A DNA stretch of 36,401 bases from Promethearchaeota archaeon (GTDB taxonomy: Archaea; Asgardarchaeota; Lokiarchaeia; Sigyniarchaeales; SOKP01): assembly GCA_018238625.1 (NCBI GenBank), contig JABCSY010000036.1, positions 1-36,401 on the forward strand, given 5' to 3'. Shown piece by piece: positions 9,536 through 18,779 of this stretch. Below the pieces are notes generated by a model. That model was given only the letters and a program-made list of their open reading frames with translations. It did not search any database and had not been told where the DNA came from. A program made the position numbers and the translations under genes. Numbering within the stretch: the first letter of the stretch is position 1; the number at the start of each line of letters is the position of its first letter.

Positions 9536-10996
9536 TCACTTACTATTATTAAATAATTTCAGCAAATTTAAATCTTTTTTAGATTTCAATCTGAAACTCC
9601 GTAATTCTTTTAGAGCGATTGGGTCGCCTTTTTTCACGGTTTGGTCTCTTTTTTCAATCCCTACAATTACTAAACCTTTTGTTCCAAAAGTATCGATAAT
9701 TTTAGTAAATGGGGGCTCTAATTTGCGACCAATGATTCTTTTAGCTCCTTCGTAGCTTTGGGCTAAACCGCTACAAACGATCCCTTGAATATGTTTGGGT
9801 TTTTGAACATATCCTTTCTTTATTTTAAACTTGTACAATTCTGGAGGGTCTTTAATTACTGCGATCAATTTTGCTGCACCGAGTATCCTTAAAGTTGTAG
9901 GTGGAAGGTCCAATCGACTTAAAAGCATTGTATTTCTTTCCTTATTAATAAAGACCTTTTCGTTTAACCATAAAAAGGCTTTAAATGTATTTAAATCACC
10001 CGAACTTTCTAATTGAATCTTTTTCCCATTTTTTTCATAATATGGAAATAAATTTCCCGTAATTGTGAACATCCCTATTGTAACATGCACTTGGGTTCCA
10101 AATCGAGTCTTTGGTTTGAATAATTTATTTTGCTTTACTTGAATATCAATTAGGTCGCAAAAATCGAATGATTTCTTATTATTTGTAGCGTAACAACCTC
10201 GGTATACATTCTTAATATCTAACCCTTTTATATTAACTCCAACTCTATCGCCTGCTTTAGCTTCATCGACATTCTGATGGAAAATTTGAATAGTTTTAAC
10301 TCTACCTGAAGAATTAACCGGGATCACATCTATATCCTGGTTTAGCTTTAACCTCCCCTTTAATATTGTTCCAGTAATTACCGCCCCTCTCCCCTTTATT
10401 AAAAAATGGTGATCAATTGGGATAATAACACTCCCTTCGTAATTTCTTTTTATATCCAAAACTTTAACTTTCTCTAAAATTCCTTGCTTTAAATCTTCAA
10501 TTCCGAGTTGGTTTTTTGCAGAAACCGAAAAGATAGGTACATCCGAACCATAAGAAGTCGATCTAAAAAAATCTCTAATTTTCTTTACTTCTGCATCTAA
10601 ATCTCCTTTAAATAAATCAATTTTGTTAATTACTACTATAACATCTTTTATATCGAGCGATTCTATCATTATTAAATGTTCTCCAGTTTGAATTTGAGGA
10701 CCTTCAGTTATATCAATTACAATTAGAGCGCAATCAATAATCTCCACTGAAGAAGCACTAATTTTAATCAAATCGGCGTGACCAGGACCATCTACTAAGG
10801 TGATTAAATATTCCTCTAAAATAAAACTAGTAAAACCTAAATCTATTGTAATCCCCCTTTCTTTACTTTGAGGATGAGCGTCAATTCCAGCAGTTGAAAT
10901 AAACTCGCTTAAAACAGCGGCTAACGCCGTCTTGCCAGAATCTATGTGACCAAAAAGACCAATATGGACGGGAATTTTCTTCTCAATTTTTAACAT
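9536..10996 (-). CDS. selB: Selenocysteine-specific elongation factor SelB (archaeal/eEFSec type)
   Basis: GLFGHIDSGKT, ERGITIDLGF, DGPGHADL, NKID, IDHHFLIKGRGAVITGT, RLDLPPTTLRILG; tRNA-Sec and SepSecS nearby. Confidence 0.95.
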   Translation of the reverse strand: MLKIEKKIPVHIGLFGHIDSGKTALAAVLSEFISTAGIDAHPQSKERGITIDLGFTSFILEEYLITLVDGPGHADLIKISASSVEIIDCALIVIDITEGPQIQTGEHLIMIESLDIKDVIVVINKIDLFKGDLDAEVKKIRDFFRSTSYGSDVPIFSVSAKNQLGIEDLKQGILEKVKVLDIKRNYEGSVIIPIDHHFLIKGRGAVITGTILKGRLKLNQDIDVIPVNSSGRVKTIQIFHQNVDEAKAGDRVGVNIKGLDIKNVYRGCYATNNKKSFDFCDLIDIQVKQNKLFKPKTRFGTQVHVTIGMFTITGNLFPYYEKNGKKIQLESSGDLNTFKAFLWLNEKVFINKERNTMLLSRLDLPPTTLRILGAAKLIAVIKDPPELYKFKIKKGYVQKPKHIQGIVCSGLAQSYEGAKRIIGRKLEPPFTKIIDTFGTKGLVIVGIEKRDQTVKKGDPIALKELRSFRLKSKKDLNLLKLFNNSK

Positions 10997-11208
10997 TGAA
11001 ATAAAAAGGAAAAATGAAATGAATCTATGATGTAATTTAATAATTATTTAAAATTAATATCTTTTAATATAAAAATATTAAAATCAATAATTTATATTGA
11101 TAAATCAGAGAAATAAGAGTAATTATTGGACTCCAATATATTTAATTACAAATACAATATAATTTTATTATATCTTATTTTAAAACAAACCGGAAAGTGA
11201 AAAGTTAA

Positions 11209-12093
11209 ATGGCTAAATACTGTGTATTTTGCGGAAATCCTTTGAAAAATGAAGACAAATTCTGTATAATCTGTGGGAAACCAGTTCTAACAAGCGTTAA
11301 AAAGCCAGAAAAAACCGCTGTCGAGAAAGCTAAAGATTTCGTTAAAGACAAGAAGAAGCTTAGGGAAGAACCCGCGGAGGAAACTACTATTGAAGAAGCT
11401 GTCGAAGAATTATCTGAAAAACCCGAAAAGTCTGGAAAAAAGGAAAAAAAGAAAAAAGGAAAAAAGGACGAAAAAGAAATTGTAGAGAAACCTCTACCTT
11501 TTGAAGTAAAAGAGCAGATGATTTTAAACATAGAATATAACGATACTCAACTAAATAAAGAAATCTTAGTTGACAAGCTAAAGGAAATTCAAAAAGAAAT
11601 AAAAGATCCCCGATATGATGTAGACCCAGAATTTAAAAAAACTGTTAATATAAAACTCGAAGCGATTAAAACTTTAATAACTGAACTAAAACAAAAAGAA
11701 GGCGAATTAGAGCAAAAATTAGAGAAGCCATTTATTGTTCAGAGAATTCAAGATGATATTGATAAGAAAATCTTTCAATTGAAAAACCTATCAAAAGAAT
11801 TTAAATTACTCAAAGTCGATAAAGAATCGTTTGAAAAGCTACGAGAAAAGTACAACCAAGCAAAAAAGGAATTTGAAACGGAGAAAAAGGATTTGACCGC
11901 GGGAATGAAAATTTGGATTAAGGAATTAAAAATGGAAAAAGCTGAACTCCAATCGGATAGAAACTTAAACAAAGGACGATTTTCGGCAAAAGAAATTTCT
12001 GAAGACGATTTTAAAGCTAAAAGTAAAGCTTTTGATCTAAAACTTAAGAAAATTGATACAAAAATCAAGACTCTAGAAAATCTTACTAAATAA
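11209..12093 (+). CDS. Zinc-ribbon + long coiled-coil hypothetical protein
   Basis: CVFCG...CIICG N-terminal ribbon, K/E-rich linker, heptad-rich helical C-terminus. Confidence 0.75.
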   Translation: MAKYCVFCGNPLKNEDKFCIICGKPVLTSVKKPEKTAVEKAKDFVKDKKKLREEPAEETTIEEAVEELSEKPEKSGKKEKKKKGKKDEKEIVEKPLPFEVKEQMILNIEYNDTQLNKEILVDKLKEIQKEIKDPRYDVDPEFKKTVNIKLEAIKTLITELKQKEGELEQKLEKPFIVQRIQDDIDKKIFQLKNLSKEFKLLKVDKESFEKLREKYNQAKKEFETEKKDLTAGMKIWIKELKMEKAELQSDRNLNKGRFSAKEISEDDFKAKSKAFDLKLKKIDTKIKTLENLTK

Positions 12094-12140
12094 TGTAAAA
12101 CTAAATTTTTAATTTATTTCGAATATTATTTTTAATTAAT

Positions 12141-12266
12141 ATGAGAAAAAAACTAATTGGTTTGATAATTTTTATAATTGCCTTATCTTTACTGACAATA
12201 GGAATCATAAATAGCGATTATCTTAGAATTAATTCTCTTTACGAACAAATGAATTTTATTACCTAA
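12141..12266 (+). CDS. Small single-pass membrane protein (41 aa; not in ORF track)
   Basis: MRKKLIGLIIFIIALSLLTIGIINSDYLRINSLYEQMNFIT*: basic N-terminus + 19-aa hydrophobic helix; fills the intergenic gap. Confidence 0.55.
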   Translation: MRKKLIGLIIFIIALSLLTIGIINSDYLRINSLYEQMNFIT

Positions 12267-12283
12267 AAGTGTTTTAGGTTAAG

Positions 12284-12601
12284 TTAATCCCAACGTTTCC
12301 CTTTCCCTTTGCCTAAACCAGCGGAATCTTCTAAAAAACCCTTCTTCTGGTATACTTTTTCTTGGGATTTTCTATATTTATTCGCGTCTTTATAATGTTT
12401 TTTACAAAGGAAAATTTTATGTTGCCTGTTTTCAAAAATTTTTAAATTTGCTTTCTCTACGTAAGTTTTCCATTTGTTTTCTGAAAGCGATCTTATAGCG
12501 ATCTCTCCACAGTCTTTCACTGAACAACTTTTTCCCTTACTTGCTGTAGCGCTAAGGTCTCCTTTCTCTCTAAGTTCTTTAGGTAACTTCAATTTTAACA
12601 C
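12284..12601 (-). CDS. Small basic hypothetical protein, putative Zn-binding (CSVKDC...LCKKH)
   Basis: GTG start, C-x4-C and C-x2-H ligands, Lys-rich. Confidence 0.7.
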   Translation of the reverse strand: MLKLKLPKELREKGDLSATASKGKSCSVKDCGEIAIRSLSENKWKTYVEKANLKIFENRQHKIFLCKKHYKDANKYRKSQEKVYQKKGFLEDSAGLGKGKGKRWD

Positions 12602-12675
12602 TTACTAAAAATTTTATTAGGATTCAATATTATAATCTTAAATTAATTACCATCTTAAAATTTTTCCTAAAATTC

Positions 12676-13386
12676 ATGGATTCTTTGAACTTAATTTTCG
12701 ATGAAAATCTTATTAGGGGCAAACTTTATGACTGCGATTCACCTTTGAGAATATCTCTTAAAGACAATTTTTTTACAAGTTCAGCAGTGCTTTTTTCTAT
12801 CGTTCCATACAAAGATAAACCCTATGAATTAATTTTAATTCATCGTTCAAATAGAGGAACAAATCATAGGGGTGAAATGTCGTTTCCAGGAGGTAAATTC
12901 GAAGTTGATAGCGATAAATCCTTAAAAGACACCGCTTTAAGAGAAACTGAAGAAGAGATTGGTGTGCCAAGGGAAAATATTAAAATTCTTGGTTGTCTTG
13001 ACGATTTTCCTACGATGACGAAGTATATCATCACCCCATTTGTAGCAATCATTGATCAAAATCAAAAATTAATTAAAGAAGATAGAGAGGTTCAGAAAAT
13101 ATTAAAAATTCCTATCGATTTCTTCTTAGGTAAAAAAAAATTTCGAGAACAAGCTGTAGACATTGACGGCAATAAGTTCCCTATATTCTACTTTAATTAC
13201 ATCAATAAAGAAGATGGAAAAAAATATACTATTTGGGGGGCAACGGCTTATATGATTGTAACTTTTCTAGAAGACTTATATGGGTTCACTCTTTCAAACT
13301 TAGGATTGGAGCGGTTTAAACTTGACAAAATAAAAGATTTAAAAGAGTATATCAAATATCGAAACCAAATTACTAAGAAATTTTAA
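12676..13386 (+). CDS. Nudix hydrolase, CoA pyrophosphatase (NudL/PCD1-like)
   Basis: HRGEMSFPGGK + TALRETEEEIG Nudix box, and IWGATA. Confidence 0.92.
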   Translation: MDSLNLIFDENLIRGKLYDCDSPLRISLKDNFFTSSAVLFSIVPYKDKPYELILIHRSNRGTNHRGEMSFPGGKFEVDSDKSLKDTALRETEEEIGVPRENIKILGCLDDFPTMTKYIITPFVAIIDQNQKLIKEDREVQKILKIPIDFFLGKKKFREQAVDIDGNKFPIFYFNYINKEDGKKYTIWGATAYMIVTFLEDLYGFTLSNLGLERFKLDKIKDLKEYIKYRNQITKKF

Positions 13387-13419
13387 TAGCTTAATATAAG
13401 ATCTAAAATACTGATATCT

Positions 13420-14088
13420 ATGGATTTCATTTTTGACGAGAACTTTATTAGAAAGAAGCTGAAAGACTTTAATTCTCCAGATCGCCTGGCTATGTCGCAC
13501 GAACATTTTATTAATTCTGCCATAGTATTTCTAATTCTTCAATACAAGGATAAACCTTATGATTTAGTTTTAATCCGAAGAACTAAAAGTAAAACAGATA
13601 AACACTCGGGAGAAATGTCATTTCCCGGAGGGAAATTCGACCCAATACATGATAAATCTTATTTAGATACGGCGTTAAGAGAACTAGAAGAAGAACTAGG
13701 GGTTTCCAAAACAAGTATCACTGTTTTAGGCTCTATTGACGACCATCTTACACCTAAAGGATTTATTATTACCGCTTTTGTAGCCTATGTCGACCAAGAT
13801 GTAAGATTTGTAAAAGAAGAAAACGAAGTACAAGAAATTGTAAAAATACCAATAACTTATTTTGCAAATAAAAAAAATTACAAAGAAAGGACTTACGATC
13901 TCAAAGGAGATCTAATTGGAGTGGGTAAATTTAATTACAGATCCGCAGAAAATAAAAGATACCTCATATTTGGTGCGACATCTCATATTATAGCCAAATA
14001 TATTGACACAATCTATAATATTGGATTAATGACACCTGGATGTCGACGAATAAATTGTGAAGACATTAAAGATAGAATAATTAGATAA
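13420..14088 (+). CDS. Nudix hydrolase, CoA pyrophosphatase-like (tandem paralog)
   Basis: HSGEMSFPGGK + TALRELEEELG, and IFGATS. Confidence 0.92.
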   Translation: MDFIFDENFIRKKLKDFNSPDRLAMSHEHFINSAIVFLILQYKDKPYDLVLIRRTKSKTDKHSGEMSFPGGKFDPIHDKSYLDTALRELEEELGVSKTSITVLGSIDDHLTPKGFIITAFVAYVDQDVRFVKEENEVQEIVKIPITYFANKKNYKERTYDLKGDLIGVGKFNYRSAENKRYLIFGATSHIIAKYIDTIYNIGLMTPGCRRINCEDIKDRIIR

Positions 14089-14189
14089 CATCGAAAAATT
14101 AAAATAAACATAAAATTCATTTAAATCTAAAAATTTTAAGTATTAGAAGTAAATCTCTATAATAATTAATTTGGCCCCCGGCGGTCGGA

Positions 14190-14222
14190 ATTTGATTTGA
14201 TCATTTCGATCTCATACGATAA
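14190..14222 (+). other. tRNA-Sec intron 1 (33 nt, 5' strand of D stem)
   Basis: Central helix GTCG/CGAT, bulges GA|A and AA|G; removal restores the 7-bp D stem. Confidence 0.85.
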
Positions 14223-14280
14223 GTGGTCTCTGACGCTGGGCTTCAAACCCAGTTATCCTGCGGAGGGATAGGGGTTCGAT

Positions 14281-14310
14281 ATGGAAAGAAGTTTGTTCTT
14301 TTCGAGAAAA
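14281..14310 (+). other. tRNA-Sec intron 2 (30 nt, T loop, 59/60)
   Basis: Outer GGGG/CCCC, central TTCG/AGAA (one G.A), bulges AT|A and AA|T, 9-bp inner helix; gives TTCGATT loop. Confidence 0.85.
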
Positions 14311-14361
14311 TCCCCCTGGGGGCCGCCAAATTAAAAATTTAAATAATTTCAAGGGAAATTT

Positions 14362-15729
14362 ATGTTTGACTTTAATAAAATTATTGATTATTTTAAGAGC
14401 ACATCAATTCCACAAAATATGTTAGATAGGGGGCAACTAGTTTTAACCAATTTCTTAAAACCAATGAAAACGCTATTTGAGCAAAGAAGTGTCCCTCAAA
14501 AGCCTTGGAGTGAAGGTCAAATCGAGTTTTTGCTTCAAATGCTTTCAAATATGGATACGGATAAAGATAATAAAGCTTCTCGAGTAGGGGAGCGTGAAGC
14601 AAGAATTGCATCGAATTTACACTTAAAAACTTCTAGTGGATTTTGTCATGGGATAGGGCGAAGTGGATTCTTAACAGCACCACAGCCAAAAGCTCCTGGA
14701 GGTTCTATAATGTATGAACTCAGTAATTATTTAGCTCTTAATTTCCTTAGAAAATTTGGAATGTCAAATATAAAAAAAGCAATAGTCGTCCCTCAATGCA
14801 CTGGAATGTCTTTAGCTTTATGTCTAGGGGCTCTCAGACCTAATTGGAATAAGAAAGAATTAATTAATAAAAGAACTGTAATTGTTCCTCAAATTGACCA
14901 CAAATCTCTGATAAAAGCAATTAATTTAATGGGAATGAGAATAAAAACTGTCGAAGGGAAAATTTTTGGGGAAGCAGTTAGAATACCAATCGAAGACATT
15001 GAAGCTAGTTTGGATAGTGATTGTTTTGCTGTAATCTCTTTGACAAGCTTTTTTCCTCCTCGAGAACACGACAATATTAAAGAGATTAGCAAGTTTGCTA
15101 AAAAAAACGATCTGGTTCATATAGTAATTAACGCCTATGGGGTACAAAGTCCAGAATGGATGAAATTAATCCGGGTTGGTATAGACGCTGGAAGAGTGGA
15201 TGCCATTATTCAATCAACTGATAAAAATGTTCTTACTCCTGTTGGTGGTGCTATAATAGCATCTCCAAGCGAAGAAATTATAACCAAAATCAGCCAAGCT
15301 TACGCAGGTCGTGCTTCTGCTGCTCCAATTGTAAACTTTCTTATATCAATGTTATCTTTAGGAATAGAAGGGTATCAAAAACTCTTAAGAGAACAACAAG
15401 ATAATCGAAAATTACTAGAAAATAAATTAAAAGGAGTTGCCGAAAAAATTAATGAAAAAATTCTCGATGTGTTTAATCCAGTAGCCGTTGCCGTGTCTTT
15501 AAATAACTTGAAAAAAGAACAGTTGTTCGCGTTAGGGGGCGCTTTATATAACTTAAGAGTTACTGGTCCACGAGTTTATAATCCTGAAGAAAGCGTATTT
15601 GGGACGTGTAGCACTAAATATATAACGCCATATATCATAATGAACGCCGCTATTGGGGCAACATCAGAAGATATTATATCTGCTGTTGAGAGGTTTGAAA
15701 AAGCTTACGATCAAATAACCCAAAAATAA
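14362..15729 (+). CDS. spcS: O-phosphoseryl-tRNA(Sec) selenium transferase (SepSecS)
   Basis: RVGEREAR, HGIGRSG...QPKAPG, IDHKS, INAYG, PLP lysine in QSTDKN..TPVGG, YAGRAS; 33 nt downstream of tRNA-Sec. Confidence 0.96.
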   Translation: MFDFNKIIDYFKSTSIPQNMLDRGQLVLTNFLKPMKTLFEQRSVPQKPWSEGQIEFLLQMLSNMDTDKDNKASRVGEREARIASNLHLKTSSGFCHGIGRSGFLTAPQPKAPGGSIMYELSNYLALNFLRKFGMSNIKKAIVVPQCTGMSLALCLGALRPNWNKKELINKRTVIVPQIDHKSLIKAINLMGMRIKTVEGKIFGEAVRIPIEDIEASLDSDCFAVISLTSFFPPREHDNIKEISKFAKKNDLVHIVINAYGVQSPEWMKLIRVGIDAGRVDAIIQSTDKNVLTPVGGAIIASPSEEIITKISQAYAGRASAAPIVNFLISMLSLGIEGYQKLLREQQDNRKLLENKLKGVAEKINEKILDVFNPVAVAVSLNNLKKEQLFALGGALYNLRVTGPRVYNPEESVFGTCSTKYITPYIIMNAAIGATSEDIISAVERFEKAYDQITQK

Positions 15730-15875
15730 TAATTTTCTAATATTATTTCAATTTAAGTTAGGAAAAATTAAGTACCAGTTTTTATAATAAATTACGATGA
15801 CAAAATAAGTATTCAATACTAAATAATAAAAACTAGAAGAACAATATTATACTAAATATTTAGGGTTATAAAATA

Positions 15876-16559
15876 ATGGTGGAAAATTTACTCTTAGATC
15901 AATTTAAATCAAAAATATCAACTCAATGGCCATTTAAACAAATCGAAGAAAATCATGAACCACTATCTTCACGAGAATTATTTGAATTAGCGTATCATAC
16001 GAATAATTCCGTTGCAATGCGAAGTATTTTTATAAAACTCTCTACATCAGAAAGTAAAGGTGGTTCTCAGGCTATATTATATTCAAACACTAAGAAATTT
16101 ATAAAGATCGAAACTCTTGAGAATTCTTTGAGAATTACAAAGTATTTTCCTGAAGGAAGTAGTGGGGATAAGTTAATCACCAACGTACAGCCTAAACTAA
16201 AGAATAGAAAAGAAAAGTTTTCAACGAAAGATAGTTCTATGAAAACTGACATACTTAAAACTATTCTTGTTGAAAGGAAACTAGATGAATGCGTAAACTT
16301 CGTTATGTTAAAAGATATTAATCGAAAAATCTATTTTGCCATTGGAGACGCCCGGGAAAGTGCTGCCGTAGTACCTATGTTCATGGAAGCAGAAGGAGCC
16401 AGTTTGGTTCAATTAGCTTTAAATAAGTGGATGAGCACAGTTCAAACTTTTGACCAAGAAAAAACCTTTCCAGATAATTTTGTCGCGGGCTTACTTAAAA
16501 ATATAATGCAAATTAAAAAATGGGTTCTAAATTTAATATCAATTAATCTAGATAAATAG
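15876..16559 (+). CDS. Hypothetical protein
   Basis: 227-aa ORF with protein-like composition; no recognised motif. Confidence 0.7.
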   Translation: MVENLLLDQFKSKISTQWPFKQIEENHEPLSSRELFELAYHTNNSVAMRSIFIKLSTSESKGGSQAILYSNTKKFIKIETLENSLRITKYFPEGSSGDKLITNVQPKLKNRKEKFSTKDSSMKTDILKTILVERKLDECVNFVMLKDINRKIYFAIGDARESAAVVPMFMEAEGASLVQLALNKWMSTVQTFDQEKTFPDNFVAGLLKNIMQIKKWVLNLISINLDK

Positions 16560-16699
16560 TTTATAGCTCTATAATTAGTAAAACTTGTTTAGTATACATA
16601 AGTCTTGTTCTTTTTCAAAAAATATAACATTTAAATTATCTTTTAACTAAAATTTAATTTATACTATCAAGAATTTTTAGTAAATTAGAGGAATCTTAA

Positions 16700-17587
16700 A
16701 TGGTTTTTATCAATTCTGATGGAAAATTTAATGAAAACACTTATTTAATTGATGCCGAACTGTATAGGATGAAAGGAAATCTCGCAATTTATATAATCGA
16801 AAATGAAAATATGCGAGTAATGATTGATACTCCTTCAGATTTAATGGTTAGGAAATTTGTGAAAAAAATTAAAGAATTCGGATTATATCCCATTCATAAA
16901 ATAATTTTAACCCATTCTCATTTTGATCATGTTCAAGGAGTAGGAAAATTAAAAAAATTGATGCAAGAAACTAAAATTGAAGTATTAGCTTCTGAAAGAG
17001 CAATAGATAACTTGAAAAATCCTGATAAGCTAAATAAAGAATTTGGATACAATGTGAACCCTATAGATAATGTTACTCCATTGAAAGAAGGAGATATAAT
17101 TGATGTTAATGGTTTAAAGCTCGAGATAATGAACTTTTTTGGTCACACTCAGGATTCTATAGCAATATTAGATCGTAAAAACAAAAATCTCTTCGTTGGA
17201 GACGCAATAATTGATAGATTTGATCCAGAAACTGCCATCCCCGAGTTTGTTCCGCCCGATTTTGTCGAATCTGAAATTTTAAAAACTTTTGAGAAGCTAA
17301 GAAGTTTAAAAAACGAGTTAAATTCCGTATGTTTAGCTCATTTTGGAGTATGGAAAGACGACGATTTTTTTGGAACTTTAAATAAAATGGAAGCTTTTCA
17401 TTTTGATACGAAAGAATCAATATTAAAATGGTACAACGAAAACCCCTCTTTAAAGTATATTACTTTGAAATATCACGAAAAATTTACACCAGATTCTAAA
17501 GTTCATACTAAAGATAATATTCGAGGATTAGAATTATTAATTGAATGGCTAATAGAGGGGTTGAAAGCTACGGGAGATATCAAATAA
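16700..17587 (+). CDS. MBL-fold metallo-hydrolase
   Basis: THSHFDH, GHTQDS, VGDA, LAHFG. Confidence 0.92.
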   Translation: MVFINSDGKFNENTYLIDAELYRMKGNLAIYIIENENMRVMIDTPSDLMVRKFVKKIKEFGLYPIHKIILTHSHFDHVQGVGKLKKLMQETKIEVLASERAIDNLKNPDKLNKEFGYNVNPIDNVTPLKEGDIIDVNGLKLEIMNFFGHTQDSIAILDRKNKNLFVGDAIIDRFDPETAIPEFVPPDFVESEILKTFEKLRSLKNELNSVCLAHFGVWKDDDFFGTLNKMEAFHFDTKESILKWYNENPSLKYITLKYHEKFTPDSKVHTKDNIRGLELLIEWLIEGLKATGDIK

Positions 17588-17701
17588 TTTTTCCAATAGA
17601 ATTAAAAAAAAAATATAAAAATATAAATGCTGAGAAAAAACAACTATTTTTATTGAAATTAAAATATGAAATCTAAAAAATAAAAAAAAGAGTTGGTTAA
17701 A

Positions 17702-18583
17702 ATGGTTTATATTGATTCTGAGGGAAAATTTAACGATAATACTTTTTTAATAGACGCATTGTTATTTAGATTACCACATCAGCTTTCGCTATACATAATC
17801 GAAAATAATGGAACGAGAATGCTGATTGATACTGGAAGTGCATTAGGAGCATCTAAAATCTTTAGAAAATTAAAAGAATTCGGACTTCTTCCAATTCATA
17901 AATTACTCATAACACATTCTCATTGGGATCATACACAAGGATACGAAAGATTGAAAAAGAAGATGGGTGAATTTGAAACAATGGCTTCAGAGAAAGCCAT
18001 TGATAATTTAAAAAACCCCAAAAAAATGAACGATATTTTTGATTACGAAGTCGGCCCTATTGAGAATGTAACCCCTTTAAAAGAAGGCGATATTATCGAT
18101 TTAAACGGTTTGGAGTTAGAAGTTTTCGATTTTTTTGGACATACGCAAGACCATATCGCAATTTTAGACAAGAAAAATAAAAACATATTTACTGGCGATG
18201 CGATAATAAATATGTATGATCATGAAACTTTTAGCCCTACTTTCATGCCTCCTGACTTTAACGAGTCTGAACTCCTAAAAACTTTTCAAAAATTAAGGAA
18301 TCTTAAAGAAGATTTATGTTCTATCTCTCTAGATCATTTTGGCGTATGGAAAGATGAAGGTTTCGATTTTGTTTTAAATGAAATGGAAGACTTACACTTT
18401 AAAACAAAAAATGCAATAATTGAATGGCACAACGAAAATTCTGACATAGGATATATAACTTCTAAATATCACGAAACTTTTACTCCTAATTCAACAATTC
18501 ACACTGAAGAAAACATGCTAGGTTTAGAACTTGTGATTTCATGGCTTGTTAACGGTTTAAAGGTAAGTGGTTTTATTAAATAA
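17702..18583 (+). CDS. MBL-fold metallo-hydrolase (tandem paralog)
   Basis: IDTG, THSHWDH, GHTQDH, TGDA, LDHFG. ATG 17702 aligns with the paralog's start. Confidence 0.92.
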   Translation: MVYIDSEGKFNDNTFLIDALLFRLPHQLSLYIIENNGTRMLIDTGSALGASKIFRKLKEFGLLPIHKLLITHSHWDHTQGYERLKKKMGEFETMASEKAIDNLKNPKKMNDIFDYEVGPIENVTPLKEGDIIDLNGLELEVFDFFGHTQDHIAILDKKNKNIFTGDAIINMYDHETFSPTFMPPDFNESELLKTFQKLRNLKEDLCSISLDHFGVWKDEGFDFVLNEMEDLHFKTKNAIIEWHNENSDIGYITSKYHETFTPNSTIHTEENMLGLELVISWLVNGLKVSGFIK

Positions 18584-18651
18584 TTCGCTCTTGAAACATA
18601 AAAAAAAGAAAAAGAGTGGGCCATCGGGGATTTGAACCCCGGATCTCAGGC

Positions 18652-18699
18652 TTTTACTGACATGGACATTTAAATTTATTTTGTCTGTCCACGGGTCAA
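18652..18699 (-). other. tRNA-Ile intron 3 (48 nt, anticodon loop; 38/39 by BHB geometry)
   Basis: Central TTAT/GTAA, bulges AA|T and AA|G, inner TGAC/GTCA + GTGGACA/TGTCCAT. Mature sequence is the same if 37/38 is used. Confidence 0.85.
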
Positions 18700-18716
18700 T
18701 TATAAGACCTGCGCTT

Positions 18717-18743
18717 GTTGACCAAGCTTCAATTAAGCCTTGT
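18717..18743 (-). other. tRNA-Ile intron 2 (27 nt, 21/22)
   Basis: Central TGGT/GTCA, bulges TA|A and AC|A, inner CAAG/CTTG. Confidence 0.75.
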
Positions 18744-18749
18744 TAACCA

Positions 18750-18779
18750 TTTCAGTAAACAAGAAAAACCCTCGTTTAA
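18750..18779 (-). other. tRNA-Ile intron 1 (30 nt, D loop 17/17a)
   Basis: Central TCAG/CTGA, bulges TT|T and AA|T, 9-bp inner helix TAAACGAGG/TCTTGTTTA. Confidence 0.85.

Larger units (their letters stand above)
14173..14328 (+). tRNA. selC: tRNA-Sec (anticodon TCA 14243-14245) with two BHB introns; CCA encoded
   Basis: 9-bp acceptor GGCCCCCGG/CTGGGGGCC, G73+CCA; 7-bp D stem after splicing (GTCGGAG TGGT CTCTGAC); 6-bp anticodon stem; long variable arm TATCCT/GGGATA; 4-bp T stem (9/4 fold). Confidence 0.95.

Noticed and set aside
9527-9538. selB TGA stop followed by GGT TGT TAA, which would give a C-terminal Sec-Gly-Cys on readthrough
   Set aside because: TGAGGT is explained by the SD of the downstream roadblock gene; no SECIS-like element was recognised nearby and the preceding tail looks unconserved.
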